This document shows positions 45,077-57,517 of a DNA stretch of 64,000 nucleotides, piece by piece. The notes beneath the pieces are model-generated. The model had not been told where the DNA came from. It saw only the letters and a program-made list of their open reading frames with translations, and did not search any database. Source of the stretch: an uncultured cyanobacterium (GTDB taxonomy: Bacteria > Cyanobacteriota > Cyanobacteriia > Cyanobacteriales > Microcystaceae); NCBI GenBank assembly GCA_963807635.1, contig CAWEDJ010000016.1, positions 21,199-85,198 on the forward strand. The letters are read 5' to 3'. A program made the position numbers and the translations under genes. Each line of letters begins with the position of its first letter. The first letter of the stretch is position 1.

Positions 45077-45188
45077 AGGCAGTAAACATCAACCGCAAAA
45101 ACCACCATCGAACAGGATAAGGTAAAGACCGAAGCTCAGCAGATAATGGACTCGAAATTAATTTTTGAATCGTCAAGGGGCCTTTCAA

Positions 45189-45683
45189 TCAAACTAATCG
45201 TTCAGCCGCCTGGGCTAACTCCGAAGCTACCCGATCAGAATAGGGCTTAATCCACCACCAAATAAAAGGAGACAACCAACCCCGCAACGTCACCGAATAG
45301 GAAATATAGCTGCCACAAACCGCCGACTCAATTTGATAGGTAATCTTCTGTTCCATCCCAGGAATCGCCAAAACCCTGAGACTTAATAACTCCCCAGGTC
45401 GTACATTCTCCACAAATAGACGAATGGGAATCGGAGTAAGCCGTGTTACTGCTTGATAAATCAAACCAGGTTTTGCCAGCAATCCCAAAGGAACATTGGT
45501 TTTAGAAAAGAGAGGATGCCAGGAAACATCCGCTAAATTAACGATTTTTCGCCAAAGAACATCAACAGGAGCCGTACTGATCACTCGATAGGTCTTATTG
45601 CAAGAAAAACTACAAAACAATTTTCCCTGGGCTGTCCCTAACTTTAATGAAAAATGTAGAATCACCTTAACTCTCCTCAGCAC
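45189..45683 (-). CDS. SRPBCC/polyketide cyclase-like protein
   Basis: APVDVLW..IVNLADVSWHP and SYSVTLRGWLSP. Confidence 0.7.
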   Translation of the reverse strand: MLRRVKVILHFSLKLGTAQGKLFCSFSCNKTYRVISTAPVDVLWRKIVNLADVSWHPLFSKTNVPLGLLAKPGLIYQAVTRLTPIPIRLFVENVRPGELLSLRVLAIPGMEQKITYQIESAVCGSYISYSVTLRGWLSPFIWWWIKPYSDRVASELAQAAERLV

Positions 45684-45882
45684 CTACCCCAAACCAGGGA
45701 ATAGTCACAATGGTTTATCTGCCTATTTCATCATTATATTAAGATTACCGTCCCAATGTTTACGGAAAGGTTCAAGCGGTCGTAAAGTTAATAAAGGTGA
45801 CAATGCGTGTTTATCTGAACAATTTTTAATTAGATAAATACTAACCTTAAAATATTACGATTAACGACAAAATATTGACATT

Positions 45883-46914
<1,032 letters not shown>

Positions 46915-46966
46915 AAATCAAAAAGAGCGATCGCGTTTTTTCTTTTTTCGGGAAAGGCGATCGCCG

Positions 46967-47716
46967 TTAGCCAATTTCTTCAGGATTTATTCCCAAAGAA
47001 AGCAAATGGGCCGCTAAAGCATCTGCTCGATGTTTTTCCTGTTCTGCACGAAATTGTTCCTGATCAGCACGATGTTTTTCTTGGTCTGCGCGGAGAGTTT
47101 CCTGTTCTGCGATCGCCATTTCCTGCAAAGCCACTTCCTGAGGAGTGGGAACTAATTCTCCCGTTGGCGTAAAATAGCGGAGTTTTCCTTCTTCAACCCC
47201 CAAATAAAGCTCTAATTCCTCGCTCCAACGTTTATTAGTATCTGTCAGGGGAATTTCTTGATAGTTATGACCCACTAAACGATAACCCATAAACTCCAGA
47301 CTATCGGGAGCAAACCAAAAATATTCAGGCGTTCTAAAACGGTCTTGATAGAGTTGTTTTTTGATGCCGCGATCGACATTTTCCGTACTTTCTGATAGCA
47401 ATTCGATAATTAAATTGGGATACTGTCCATCTTCTTCCCAAACCACCCAAGAAGCACGGGGATGACCGCTCACACCGTTAACGAGGAAAAAATCTGGCCC
47501 ACGAAAATCTCGATTTTTAAGTTGTTGACGACTAAAGTAGATCGTTAAATTGGCCCCAATAAAATAATCATTTTTTTCTCGCCAATACCACTCTAAAGAG
47601 GTGACGAGCAGGAGAAGTTGGAAATAATGTAGAGAGCTTGACCTTTCGGGTTCATCACTCATCAAAACACGGGCATCGGGCATTTTTTCGGAGAATTGTA
47701 GAGCCGTTTGATACAT
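46967..47716 (-). CDS. Uma2 family endonuclease-like protein
   Basis: RGPDFF, W..WEE...P.LIIELLS.ST, K..LY and TPEYFWF; C-terminal RADQE repeats. Confidence 0.92.
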   Translation of the reverse strand: MYQTALQFSEKMPDARVLMSDEPERSSSLHYFQLLLLVTSLEWYWREKNDYFIGANLTIYFSRQQLKNRDFRGPDFFLVNGVSGHPRASWVVWEEDGQYPNLIIELLSESTENVDRGIKKQLYQDRFRTPEYFWFAPDSLEFMGYRLVGHNYQEIPLTDTNKRWSEELELYLGVEEGKLRYFTPTGELVPTPQEVALQEMAIAEQETLRADQEKHRADQEQFRAEQEKHRADALAAHLLSLGINPEEIG

Positions 47717-47879
47717 GGGACTCCTCAAGCGCGGGGAAATGACTTAATCATAGCAATTTAAAAAGTCTTATTGTTAATTGGCTAAATACCTCAACTTGGA
47801 GAGTTTTATCCATAACCGAGCGATCGCGTTTGAAAATCAGATTCAGTCAGCGATCGCTTATAAATGTTAGGAATTGAAT

Positions 47880-49751
47880 TTAAAGTTTCGTTCCACACTC
47901 AGGACAGAAACTATTGGTCGCAGGATTTTGAGCGCCGCAACCATTGCAAGAAACTAATTCCATTTCATGGGAATTTTTCCGTTCGGGTAAACCGACCATT
48001 TGGGAGTTGCTCTTGCCTGGAGCCACCATCGGATAACAGTTTTCATCCTTTTTAACGTGAACTTCCATCACAACGGGGCCATCATGGGCAAACATCTCCG
48101 CGATCGCGCTTTCTAATTGGCTATAATCTCGAACGCAAATTCCCTTCATGCCATAGGCTTTACCCAAAAGCTCAATATCAGGCATCCCCGTCTGCATATT
48201 AGAAGACGAATACCGCTCCTCATAAAAAGCTTCTTGCCATTGTCTCACCATTCCCTGCCAACCATTATTGAGAATCACGGTTTTGACATTAATGCCGTAC
48301 TGCACTAGGGTTCCCAATTCCTGCAAATTCATCTGGAAACTAGCATCCCCACTGATACAGATTACCTGGTCATCGGGTAACGCGACTTTTGCCCCCATTG
48401 CGGCGGGAACCCCAAAACCCATTGTTCCTAGACCCGCACTAGAAATCCAACGACGGGGGCCATTTTTCAGAAATTGGGCGGCCCACATTTGATGTTGACC
48501 CACATCGGTAGTGTAGTAGGCATGAGGAGCCTGACGACCGACTTCCACAATCACTTCCTGGGGAGAAATACTGCCTTCGTAATGGGGAGCAGTGAGAGGA
48601 AAATCTTTCTGCCAACGGTCAATGCGGTCTAACCAGGCTTCAGTCTGACTAGAATGGGTTGGAAAATCCAATTCCCTGGTGCGTTGTAGCATTTGCTCCA
48701 GCACATGGCGCACATCTCCCACAATGGGAACTTCGGGGGTTCGATTTTTGCCCACTTCGGCGGGATCAATGTCAATATGGATTACCTTGGCATGGGAAGC
48801 AAATTCATCTAATTTACCCGTCACACGGTCATCAAAACGCGCTCCTACGGCAATCAGAAGATCACACTCACTCACGGCGTAATTAGCGTAGGCAGAACCG
48901 TGCATTCCTAACATTCCGACGGACAGGGGATGATGTTCATCAAAGGCCCCGATTCCCATCAAAGTGGTGGTGACGGGGATTTGGAAGCGTTCCGCTAATT
49001 CTTGGATTTGGGCGTGGGCATTGGCCGCGATCGCTCCCCCACCCACATAGAGCAGGGGCTTTTGAGCCGCGTCAATGAGATGTAGGGCCGCGTTAATCTG
49101 GCGAGGATTCCCCTTCACCGTCGGACGATAACCCGATATATGAACATCTCCTGGCTCAATGGGAACGTAATCACATTCCTCTAAACCCACATCCTTGGGG
49201 ACATCAATTAAAACAGGGCCAGGTCGTCCTGTACTCGCAATATGAAAAGCTTCAGCCACAATGCGGGCCATATCACTAGCATTGCGAACCACATAGGAAT
49301 GTTTCACAATCGGTAGAGTAATGCCAAAAATATCAATTTCCTGAAAAGCATCTGTCCCAATTACGGGTCGTCCGACTTGACCTGTTACAATTACCATCGG
49401 AATGGAATCTAAATGGGCAGTGGCGATGCCTGTGACCAAATTGGTGGCTCCTGGCCCTGAAGTCCCAAAACAAACTCCAACTTTTCCCGTCGCCCTAGCA
49501 TAACCATCGGCGGCGTGGGATGCGCCCTGTTCGTGTCTGACCAAAATATGTTGGAGATCGCCCCGTGCTTCAGCTCGATACAGTTCATCATAAATCGGTA
49601 AAATCGCGCCGCCAGGATATCCAAAAATATGTTTAACGCCGTGACGCTGGAGGCTATCAATCAGGGCAAATGCGCCACTACGACGAATAGAGGGGAGGGT
49701 GATAGGAAAAGTTGTTTTGGGAATTGAAGAAACCACAGGGCAAACCGTCAA
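47880..49751 (-). CDS. ilvB: Biosynthetic acetolactate synthase large subunit
   Basis: [38 protein letters not shown]...NNG and a C-terminal zinc ribbon. Confidence 0.96.
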   Translation of the reverse strand: MTVCPVVSSIPKTTFPITLPSIRRSGAFALIDSLQRHGVKHIFGYPGGAILPIYDELYRAEARGDLQHILVRHEQGASHAADGYARATGKVGVCFGTSGPGATNLVTGIATAHLDSIPMVIVTGQVGRPVIGTDAFQEIDIFGITLPIVKHSYVVRNASDMARIVAEAFHIASTGRPGPVLIDVPKDVGLEECDYVPIEPGDVHISGYRPTVKGNPRQINAALHLIDAAQKPLLYVGGGAIAANAHAQIQELAERFQIPVTTTLMGIGAFDEHHPLSVGMLGMHGSAYANYAVSECDLLIAVGARFDDRVTGKLDEFASHAKVIHIDIDPAEVGKNRTPEVPIVGDVRHVLEQMLQRTRELDFPTHSSQTEAWLDRIDRWQKDFPLTAPHYEGSISPQEVIVEVGRQAPHAYYTTDVGQHQMWAAQFLKNGPRRWISSAGLGTMGFGVPAAMGAKVALPDDQVICISGDASFQMNLQELGTLVQYGINVKTVILNNGWQGMVRQWQEAFYEERYSSSNMQTGMPDIELLGKAYGMKGICVRDYSQLESAIAEMFAHDGPVVMEVHVKKDENCYPMVAPGKSNSQMVGLPERKNSHEMELVSCNGCGAQNPATNSFCPECGTKL

Positions 49752-49823
49752 CTTTGAGTGAGTATTGAGTGAATATTTTTATGGCTTAATTCTAATTATG
49801 TTGCTGAGAATTTAACGCTGAAA

Positions 49824-49865
49824 AGCCTAAAAGTTTTAACTTTATCTAATGTAACAGATTTTACA
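49824..49865 (-). promoter_or_regulatory. Putative NtcA-activated promoter for ilvB
   Basis: TGTA-ACAGATTT-TACA (GTA-N8-TAC at 49851-49864); on the minus strand TAGGCT (TAN3T) follows 21 nt downstream. Confidence 0.55.
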
Positions 49866-50028
49866 TTATAAAGGATTTCATCCTTTTTGTCGAGTATTGG
49901 AATCTGAATTGTCTAATACTATTATATTATCTGGTTTCATCTACAGTCTTTGGGGAAATGATGACAAAAGAACGATGAGGGATTGTCTCAGGATTTCTTG
50001 ACAAAAAGAAATGATTTTTAATAATTTG

Positions 50029-50580
50029 TTACAAATTTTCGAGATGAGCCGAGTTTTTAATCCGTTTGAGTAACCAGTCAAAACGCGCTCTCGCCAGGGG
50101 TAAGTTTTCCAAAAGAACGGGGGATAGTTCTTCGTCAGGATGAACAAAATCTTTGCCAAAATCTAGCTCGGTTAGGGCAATCCGCAAACGACTGGATAAA
50201 AAGAGCGCGATCGCCCGATTAAAACGAGCGGCAAAACCCACATCTTGGGAAAGTCGGGACGCTAACAGCGATCGCGGTAGGGAGAGAACGAGAGAACTTT
50301 GACTGGTTTCCACCGTTGCGGAGGGGGGACGACCATCAATAAAAGACATTTCACCAAAAACTTCTCCTGTGCCGAGGGTTGCGACTTCTTTGGCATTTTC
50401 TAAAACGTTGACCGAGACCACTACCTCACCTTCCAAAAGAAGATAGAGATAATCGGAGGGATTCCCCTCTTTAATGAGAACCGTTTCCGCCGCAATGTTT
50501 TCAATCATCCCAGAGGCAATAATCCAGTCGATGTCGTCATCATTAAGTTCGCCAAAGAGGAAAAGTATTTTTTGCATCAT
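50029..50580 (-). CDS. Cyclic nucleotide-binding domain protein
   Basis: LIKEG...LYLLLEG...GEVFGEMSFIDGRPPSATV. Confidence 0.9.
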   Translation of the reverse strand: MMQKILFLFGELNDDDIDWIIASGMIENIAAETVLIKEGNPSDYLYLLLEGEVVVSVNVLENAKEVATLGTGEVFGEMSFIDGRPPSATVETSQSSLVLSLPRSLLASRLSQDVGFAARFNRAIALFLSSRLRIALTELDFGKDFVHPDEELSPVLLENLPLARARFDWLLKRIKNSAHLENL

Positions 50581-50735
50581 GATCGATAGGGGCGAGACGA
50601 TACCAGAATTATAGGATTATTTCTATTTTTTGCCATTAAAGTCCAAGCCTCTTTTTAAGAAAGTTCGCGATCGCTTTTTTGAAGTGTTAGACAGCAATCC
50701 CAGAAAACTGACGAAATAAAACCCGACAAAAACGC

Positions 50736-50762
50736 AAAAAGAGGTCACAAAGACCCCCTTTT
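50736..50762 (-). terminator. Putative intrinsic terminator after apcC
   Basis: AAAAAGAGGTC-ACAAA-GACCCCCTTTT hairpin followed by a U tract on the minus strand. Confidence 0.6.
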
Positions 50763-50783
50763 ATCCAATTGAAGACAAAAAAA

Positions 50784-50987
50784 CTAAGCCAAACCCGTGT
50801 TAGCTCCAGGCTTTCCAGTAGCCAATTGAACCTTAATGATTTTTCCACCCATTTTCATAATCCGTTGCTGTTCACTGAACCAGTTATCATAGGGAACTAA
50901 TTTAGTGAAATAAGTATTTTGTAATTCGCGTTGTGTCCGAATACGAGTTTGGCTAGGAACACAAGCGGTAACTTTAAACATCCGCAT
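50784..50987 (-). CDS. apcC: Phycobilisome core linker ApcC
   Basis: MRMFKVTACVPSQTRIRTQRELQNTYFTKLVPY. Confidence 0.98.
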   Translation of the reverse strand: MRMFKVTACVPSQTRIRTQRELQNTYFTKLVPYDNWFSEQQRIMKMGGKIIKVQLATGKPGANTGLA

Positions 50988-51187
50988 GGGGTTAAGTTCT
51001 CCTTAAAAAAGTTGGGGGTCAAAAAATAGTCTAAATACGGCAAGGGTCGGGAGTCAGGGGGCAATACTAAACAGTCAAAACTCATCTCTTTTTAAATAGA
51101 TTTAAGCTTTCAACCGACTAGCACTCACTCTCTTACTCCCGAACCTGAATTATCAACAACGTTTAAGGGTTGCTAATAAGGAGTGTC

Positions 51188-51673
51188 CTAGCTTAAACCA
51201 GAGCTAATATAGTCTAAGTAAACACCCATTTCTTTACCTGCATCCGCACCGACTAAGCTAGCGGCAACTTCTTTGATTGCTTGGATAGCTTGAACAGTAG
51301 AGGAAATAGGAACACCTAAAGAATTGTAGGTTTCTTTCAATCCATTGAGAACACGCTCATCAAGGATAGAAGGATCGCCTGCCAACATTGCATAGGTTGC
51401 ATAGCGGAGATAGTAGTCGAGGTCACGGATACAAGCCGCATAACGACGGGTGGTGTACATATTGCCACCAGGACGAGTTACGTCAGAATACAGTAGGGAT
51501 TTGGCAACTGCTTCTTTAACGATGGTTGCTGCGTTAGCACTGATAACACCAGCCGCACGAACACGGAGTTCTCCAGTGGTGAAGTAGGCTTTTAATTTAT
51601 CTAATGCAGAACTATCCAGGTATTTGCCCTGAACGTCAGCAGAGTTGATTACGGAGGTAATTGCGTCTTGCAT
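51188..51673 (-). CDS. apcB: Allophycocyanin beta subunit
   Basis: [20 protein letters not shown] and [14 protein letters not shown]. Confidence 0.99.
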   Translation of the reverse strand: MQDAITSVINSADVQGKYLDSSALDKLKAYFTTGELRVRAAGVISANAATIVKEAVAKSLLYSDVTRPGGNMYTTRRYAACIRDLDYYLRYATYAMLAGDPSILDERVLNGLKETYNSLGVPISSTVQAIQAIKEVAASLVGADAGKEMGVYLDYISSGLS

Positions 51674-51754
51674 AGTTTTTTTGCTTCCTTAGAATGTTTC
51701 TTTGGGTAAAATTTGCTAAATAGAGAAGAATTTGAGCGTTGATAGCCAAAAGAC

Positions 51755-52240
51755 CTAGCTCATTCTTCCGATAACATAGTCGAAATAGCCAGCAGCTTCA
51801 GCCGCATCTTCAGCAGACATTAAACCAGAAGAAACTTCTTTCAATTCGCGGATACCTTGAGCAACCGCACCTACGTCAGTTCCCAAAGATTTGTACATTT
51901 CCCGTACACCGACTAAACCAATTTCTTCAATGGGGGTAACGTCACCAGCGACAACACCGTAGGAAACTAAACGAAGATAGTAGTCCAAGTCGCGCAGGCA
52001 GGTAGCCGCCATTTCTTCGCCGTAAGCATTTCCACCAGGAGAAACGATGTCAGGGCGTTTTTGGAACATGCGATCGCCAGCTTGTTTAACAATGGTTTCG
52101 CGAGCACCTGTGAGGGTTTCAGCGATCCGTAAGCGAGCGGCTCCAGAGGAGACAAAAGACTTGATTCTATCTAATTCGCCAGGGCTGAGGTAGCGGGCTT
52201 CCGCATCAGCATTCACGATTGATTTCGTGACGATACTCAT
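51755..52240 (-). CDS. apcA: Allophycocyanin alpha subunit
   Basis: [27 protein letters not shown] and [10 protein letters not shown]. Confidence 0.99.
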   Translation of the reverse strand: MSIVTKSIVNADAEARYLSPGELDRIKSFVSSGAARLRIAETLTGARETIVKQAGDRMFQKRPDIVSPGGNAYGEEMAATCLRDLDYYLRLVSYGVVAGDVTPIEEIGLVGVREMYKSLGTDVGAVAQGIRELKEVSSGLMSAEDAAEAAGYFDYVIGRMS

Positions 52241-52495
52241 TGATGGATTCCTCTCAAAAAGTAAAAGTTATAGTTGGTCTTAAGTTAGACTTATTAACCG
52301 CGATCAGTTACCGACAAAGGTTAAAACTTAACATTTGTATTCAAGCAACCTGCCAAATTATTTTCGGGCATTGCGATCCCCTTCGTCGCGACTTCGTAAC
52401 AGTTTTTAACATTTCTTTTCAGAATTCCTCTTCTATCCACAACTCACTCTTGGAATGATCATGTGGGCTAATCGACAAAATTGACCTAAGTTGAC

Positions 52496-52849
52496 CTAAA
52501 TTAACTCAAAAAAGTGACACCCCCGACAAGGGCCAGTGGGATTCACCGCACACCGTAAAATTTCGGAATGGGCATTAAACCGACAGTGGGGATCACCGAT
52601 TATCCAGTGACTTTCCCATAAATTGAGTTCCGTAGGAGAAGAAGCAGATTGGACATGGAGCGAAATTTTACTAAGACGATAGCCACTCACCTTGTATTGG
52701 TAATGATGATGACGTTCCAAGACGGTGTAGGTTTGACCTTGAATTTCTAAATAATGACCTGGCTGCGGCATCCAATCAAGATGAATTTTAGCCAAGGTCT
52801 CTCGATTTGGGGCTAGGATTACCTCGGTCGGCAATAGCTCTGCTTCCAT
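52496..52849 (-). CDS. Conserved cyanobacterial protein with C-terminal Cys motif (DUF6464-like)
   Basis: VLERHHHY and IGDPHCRFNAHSEILRCAVNPTGPC..C. Confidence 0.75.
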   Translation of the reverse strand: MEAELLPTEVILAPNRETLAKIHLDWMPQPGHYLEIQGQTYTVLERHHHYQYKVSGYRLSKISLHVQSASSPTELNLWESHWIIGDPHCRFNAHSEILRCAVNPTGPCRGCHFFELI

Positions 52850-52967
52850 GTGTTGCGTTTTAGTAGAACTGGTTGGATTTCGGTTAGAATCTGAGTCTAT
52901 CTTAAACTAAGGTCTAATTTACACAAGAATCACTGTTACAGCAGTTTGTGGTTAAATCCCTTACAAG

Positions 52968-52996
52968 GTAAGGACATAATAGTATTATGTCCCTAC
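52968..52996. repeat. REP-like palindrome
   Basis: GTAAGGACATAATAGTATTATGTCCCTAC; relatives at 30203 and 63387. Confidence 0.8.
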
Positions 52997-53180
52997 AAAA
53001 ATTTGTCCGTGATCACAAGGAATTTGCTCTATTTATCGAAAAAGCAGATAAAATCAACGGTCTGGCTAGGCATTAAGCCGCCGAACGAGCATTGTCAGGG
53101 ATTTCTCGCTTTGACGATAATTGTAGAAAGAAAATAAAAAACAAGAAACTTGATGGAGATATTGTTCAATTTTCTGTCTT

Positions 53181-53951
53181 ATGAGAACTTCTGTTGCCCT
53201 TTTGTTGACGTTAGGGGGATTATTCCTGCCCAATTCTATTTTCTTGAATCAGGACAGTAAACCGATTCAGATTGCTTTGATTGGGGATTCTATCACCCAA
53301 GGACGCAGGGGTAATCCCGAACAAAATTTGCCTGCAACTATCAGTTGGCGTTACCCTTTTTGGCAAAAATTGGTCGATCAAAACATCAACGTTAATTTAG
53401 TGGGATCGAATCAATCAGGGTTTGAAGGCGATCCTCCTTGGCCAAATTACAAGGGAAAAGTATTTGATCGAGATCACGAAGCGCGTTGGGGGGCTTCCAC
53501 GGAAGAGATCATTGCCCAGTTATCGACTGGATTAACACGGTATACGCCCGATCTGGCCTTGATTTTACTAGGAACCAATGATGTTCGGATTGATCAAGCT
53601 TTGGGTAAAGAGACCGTTCAGGAAACCAAGGCGGATTTGATCAAGATGATTAATTTGTTGCGGCAAGATAATCCTGATGTGGTGATTGTTATTGGGGAAC
53701 CCTTTCAGGAGTGGGAACCTTTTCCAGCGATCGCCCTAGCATATCAACAAGTTGCCGCCCAACTGAGTACAGATCGCTCCCCGATTACGACGGTGAAAAC
53801 CCAGACAGATTGGATTAGTAATCCCGACCAAAAAGGGACTTGCACGGTGGATTGGGTTCACCCGAATATAAAAGGGGATGAAATGATTGCTGAAGCTTTT
53901 TATCAAGGGATTAAGCCTTATTTAAAACGTTTTAGCCATTCTTCGGACTAA
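53181..53951 (+). CDS. SGNH/GDSL hydrolase, exported
   Basis: IGDSITQG, LGTND and DWVHPN blocks. Confidence 0.9.
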   Translation: MRTSVALLLTLGGLFLPNSIFLNQDSKPIQIALIGDSITQGRRGNPEQNLPATISWRYPFWQKLVDQNINVNLVGSNQSGFEGDPPWPNYKGKVFDRDHEARWGASTEEIIAQLSTGLTRYTPDLALILLGTNDVRIDQALGKETVQETKADLIKMINLLRQDNPDVVIVIGEPFQEWEPFPAIALAYQQVAAQLSTDRSPITTVKTQTDWISNPDQKGTCTVDWVHPNIKGDEMIAEAFYQGIKPYLKRFSHSSD

Positions 53952-53964
53952 GGCAATCGCCCTA

Positions 53965-54162
53965 TTAAGCAGCAATTCCTTCCATTGTGAGTTGATTAAT
54001 ATCAGCCCTTTGGCTGGCGTGTTCCATCGTAATTGCACAAATTGCACCGTCTTCATCGAACTCTAGCAAGGTGTTTTCATCAAGGTCTTGGGCTTCAACA
54101 ATAGCCGCTTTTTTAAACTCAATATATAAGGTATCGGTATCTTTAAAATATTGGAGTTTCAT
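53965..54162 (-). CDS. DUF2283 family putative antitoxin
   Basis: MKLQYFKDTDTLYIEF...LLEFDEDG.I.AITME. Confidence 0.85.
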   Translation of the reverse strand: MKLQYFKDTDTLYIEFKKAAIVEAQDLDENTLLEFDEDGAICAITMEHASQRADINQLTMEGIAA

Positions 54163-54395
54163 GGTTTAAATCTTCTATCAAAAAATGCGTTGTGAATGGT
54201 TTCATTGCCAGGAAGAAGAACAACTCGAAGATACCGCCCCTCAGCTTCCATGATTTTTGCCCATATCCGAATTCTACCATCTGCCTGAATCTGGATTCGT
54301 TCGGGATTTTTTATCGCATAAGTGATCCATTCTTCTTTGATGGATAAACGATCTGGACGATTTCTCGTAGAGTCAAAATAGGCAGTTGTTTTCAA
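54159..54395 (-). CDS. Putative RelE-like/DUF4258-like toxin, translationally coupled to DUF2283
   Basis: Q.DGRIR.W..I....RYLRVVLL...TIHNAFFDR; ATGA-type overlap with the downstream gene. Confidence 0.7.
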   Translation of the reverse strand: MKTTAYFDSTRNRPDRLSIKEEWITYAIKNPERIQIQADGRIRIWAKIMEAEGRYLRVVLLPGNETIHNAFFDRRFKP

Positions 54396-54520
54396 GTTTC
54401 AATACGGAACAATATTTCAATATAGTTTAATAGAATCTTTGCCTATCTGATCGCCCCTTTAACCCTCAATTCTAAAAAAGTCTAAAAAAGCGATCGCAAG
54501 GCATTATTGACGGCTAAAAC

Positions 54521-55871
54521 CTAGCGTGCTACCAAGGATTTATCAGGTGAATTAGGGATTTCAGCCATCCGAGACGATTTTATTTCTCCTTCTCCCGTAA
54601 TCAGCCGCGCTCCCCGTCCCCTCGTAAAATAATTCCAGCCCCATTGCAACATGACAATCAGTTTATTGTCGAATTCAATCAGGTAGTAAACATGGGCCCA
54701 GACCCAAATCATCCAGGCGAGTAAGCCCGTAAATTTAGCAAATCCCAGGTCAACAACGGCTTTATTTTGACCAATGACCGCTAAACTGCCATAATCTACA
54801 TATTGAAAAGGACGAATGGTTTTTCCCGCCAGACGAGCAGGAATTAATTTGGCCAGATAGGTCGCTTCTTGCATCGCCACAGGGGCAACCCCAGGCAGGG
54901 GTTTATCTCCTTGATGGGAATAATTGGCTAAATCCCCTAAAACAAAAATATTGGAATAATTCGGCAGACTTAAATCGGGTTCCACCATCACTCGACCCAC
55001 TCGATCCAAGGTCGCTCCCGTACGTTCTGCCAGAATTTCTCCCATGCCCGACGCTTTTACCCCCGGCCCACAATACCGTATGGGAGGCAATTTGTTTGAT
55101 TTCTTCTCCTTGACGAACGGTAACGCAATCTTCGGTGATATTGGTGACAATACTTTTGGTTTGCACTGTTACACCCAGTTTAATGAGATCTTTCTCCGCT
55201 TTAGCCGATAAATCGGGAGTATAGGGGGGTAAAACTCGGTCTAATCCTTCGATCAATAATATTTTGGCTTCTGTGGTGTCGATATTCCGAAAGTTTCCCT
55301 TGAGCGAACTATGGGCAATTTCCGCGATCGCGCCTGCCAGTTCTACCCCCGTTGGGCCACCGCCGACAATGACAAAGGTTAACCAGGCTTGACGTTGAAC
55401 GGGATCGGTTTCCTTTTCTGCCGATTCAAAAGCGAGGAAAATTCGACGACGCATTTCGATCGCATCCTCAATGGTTTTCAAGCCAGGAGCCACCGTCCGC
55501 CATTGGTCATTGCCAAAATAGTGATGACTCACCCCCGTTGCCACAATCAACATATCGTAGGGAATTGGTTCATGATCTTTGAGAATTACCTGTTGGCGAT
55601 CGGGGTCAATATCCACCGCTTCGTCTAATAAAACTTGGGCATTGTGATGATCTCGCAGAACCACCCGCAGAGGGGAAGAAATATCAGCAGGGGAAAGGCT
55701 ACCAGTGGCGACTTGGTACAATAAGGGCTGAAAGAGATGAAAATTGCGTTTATCAATTAATTTAACGTCAACAGGACTATTTTTTAAGCCCTGGGCAGTA
55801 TAAAGTCCCCCAAATCCCCCGCCAATGATAACCACCTGGGGCTTTGTTGTTGAATCCTGATTTCTATCCAT
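54521..55871 (-). CDS. Type II NAD(P)H dehydrogenase (NDH-2); frameshift at about 55064
   Basis: GGGFGG, HLFQPLLYQVATG, GGGPTGVELAG, VLWA(A)GV, GDLA and PGVAPVAMQ. Confidence 0.93.
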
Positions 55872-56038
55872 AAAAGTGTTCCTCTGGCAAGGGGATAATC
55901 CTAACGATTTGTTACCAGCAACTATCCTACCAAGATTAGGATTCCAGGGGGTAACAATCACTACGAGTTAAGACGCGATCGCCAATTCCTATGACAAAAT
56001 AGCCCCAAGCATTATCAATAAATTAACTAATTAACTGT

Positions 56039-57319
56039 TTATAAAACAGGTTCGGGTGGAAAATTATCTTGGAAAGGGTTGGGCGAAGTAGGAGAGACAG
56101 CAGGAATCGGTAGGGCGTTTGGAGCCGTAACGGGGGCGGGAGGAATAAATTTTTGAGCTAAACTGCGGGGGGCTGGAACATCAAAAATTCCTCGAAAATC
56201 AGCTTTTCGTTGGGCAGTCGATTCAGGTGCAACATCCCACAATGTTTTGTAATAAAAAAACGAAACCCCCAGCCCACTAGCCTCTGCCGCCCGAACCTTT
56301 GATTGGATCAAGTTCATGGGAATCAGTTTTGTTTTCAATCCCGTAAGAATACCAACGGCGGTGGGGACTTTGGTTTTCGCTTCTTGGAATTCAGGACGAC
56401 CGAGGGGTTCTAAAAAACTCGATAAATCAGAACGATAGACTTGTACTACAAGTTCATCCACAATACCTTTTCGCACCCAATCGAGCCAATCTTGTAAATA
56501 GGTATATAACGCCAGCTTATAGGTTGCAGGGGAAACGGAAAAAAGGATATTGGGCTTGGTTTCCTTGATTTTTTTATTCAACTCAGTCATAAAAGCCGTA
56601 ATTTTATTAGCCCGCCACCGTAGCCAGGCTCCATCATTGGGATCACTGGGGGGATCTTTTTTGGTTTCTTGTTTATAAAGGGAAATGGTATAGGGATCAT
56701 AGCCAAATTCCTTGGGCAGACTCATGTGATCGTCAAACTGCACGCCATCTAGGTCGTATTGGTTAACGAGTTCCATGATTAGCTCGGTAATAAATTGTTG
56801 AACTTGGGGATGAAAGGGATTGAGCCAAACCACTTCTCCGACTCCGCCCACCCAGGTTTGACTGCCATCCTGGCGTTGAGTGACCCATTTGGGATGACGT
56901 GTCACCAGTTCCGAGAAGGACGGAGCCATGAAGCCAAATTCAAACCAGGGAATCACCAATAAGCCCCGACGATGGGATTGGTTAATCAGATCGGCTAACA
57001 CATCCTGACCCTGTAACCCCTTGGTGCTAAAGGGTTGAATGCCTTCTCGTTTAGCGACTTCACTTTCATAGAGGACATAACCCGAATTCCACACAACGGG
57101 ATAAAGGGTGTTTAAGTTAAATTGAGCCAGCAGATCGACGGATTCCTCTAGTTTGCGATGATCCATAAATCGGGTGGTATCGTTATTGGTAATCCAAACG
57201 CCGCGAATTTCTGGGTAAGTTTGCTGGGATTTCACGGCAGGAATCTGACTCATTAAGAAAATGACGATTAATGACAGACAAAATAGATGGAAGGGAAATT
57301 TCTGGAGTAATGTCTTCAT
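56039..57319 (-). CDS. Glycoside hydrolase-like family 10 (YddW/DigH-like)
   Basis: EIRGVW, IPWFEFG, LNPFHPQV, DGVQFDDH and QDWLDW. Confidence 0.88.
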   Translation of the reverse strand: MKTLLQKFPFHLFCLSLIVIFLMSQIPAVKSQQTYPEIRGVWITNNDTTRFMDHRKLEESVDLLAQFNLNTLYPVVWNSGYVLYESEVAKREGIQPFSTKGLQGQDVLADLINQSHRRGLLVIPWFEFGFMAPSFSELVTRHPKWVTQRQDGSQTWVGGVGEVVWLNPFHPQVQQFITELIMELVNQYDLDGVQFDDHMSLPKEFGYDPYTISLYKQETKKDPPSDPNDGAWLRWRANKITAFMTELNKKIKETKPNILFSVSPATYKLALYTYLQDWLDWVRKGIVDELVVQVYRSDLSSFLEPLGRPEFQEAKTKVPTAVGILTGLKTKLIPMNLIQSKVRAAEASGLGVSFFYYKTLWDVAPESTAQRKADFRGIFDVPAPRSLAQKFIPPAPVTAPNALPIPAVSPTSPNPFQDNFPPEPVL

Positions 57320-57517
57320 TAAAGTTTTTTATTCCGCTCAACTTAACGATCCCTAACTTATCGCATTGATTAGTAAACGTCAAAAGAGGGCTAGTCTTCC
57401 AATGAAAGGCGATCGCGCTTTGAGTCTCCCTGAAAAACTTAAAGGAATCAGCTAATCCACAACCTTACCATTAATCAACTATATTAAGAATAATTAAGAA
57501 TATTATTTTTTTAGCCT

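Noticed and set aside
47880..47960. Zinc-ribbon tail on IlvB as a novel fusion
   Set aside because: This tail is commonly seen on cyanobacterial acetolactate synthase large subunits
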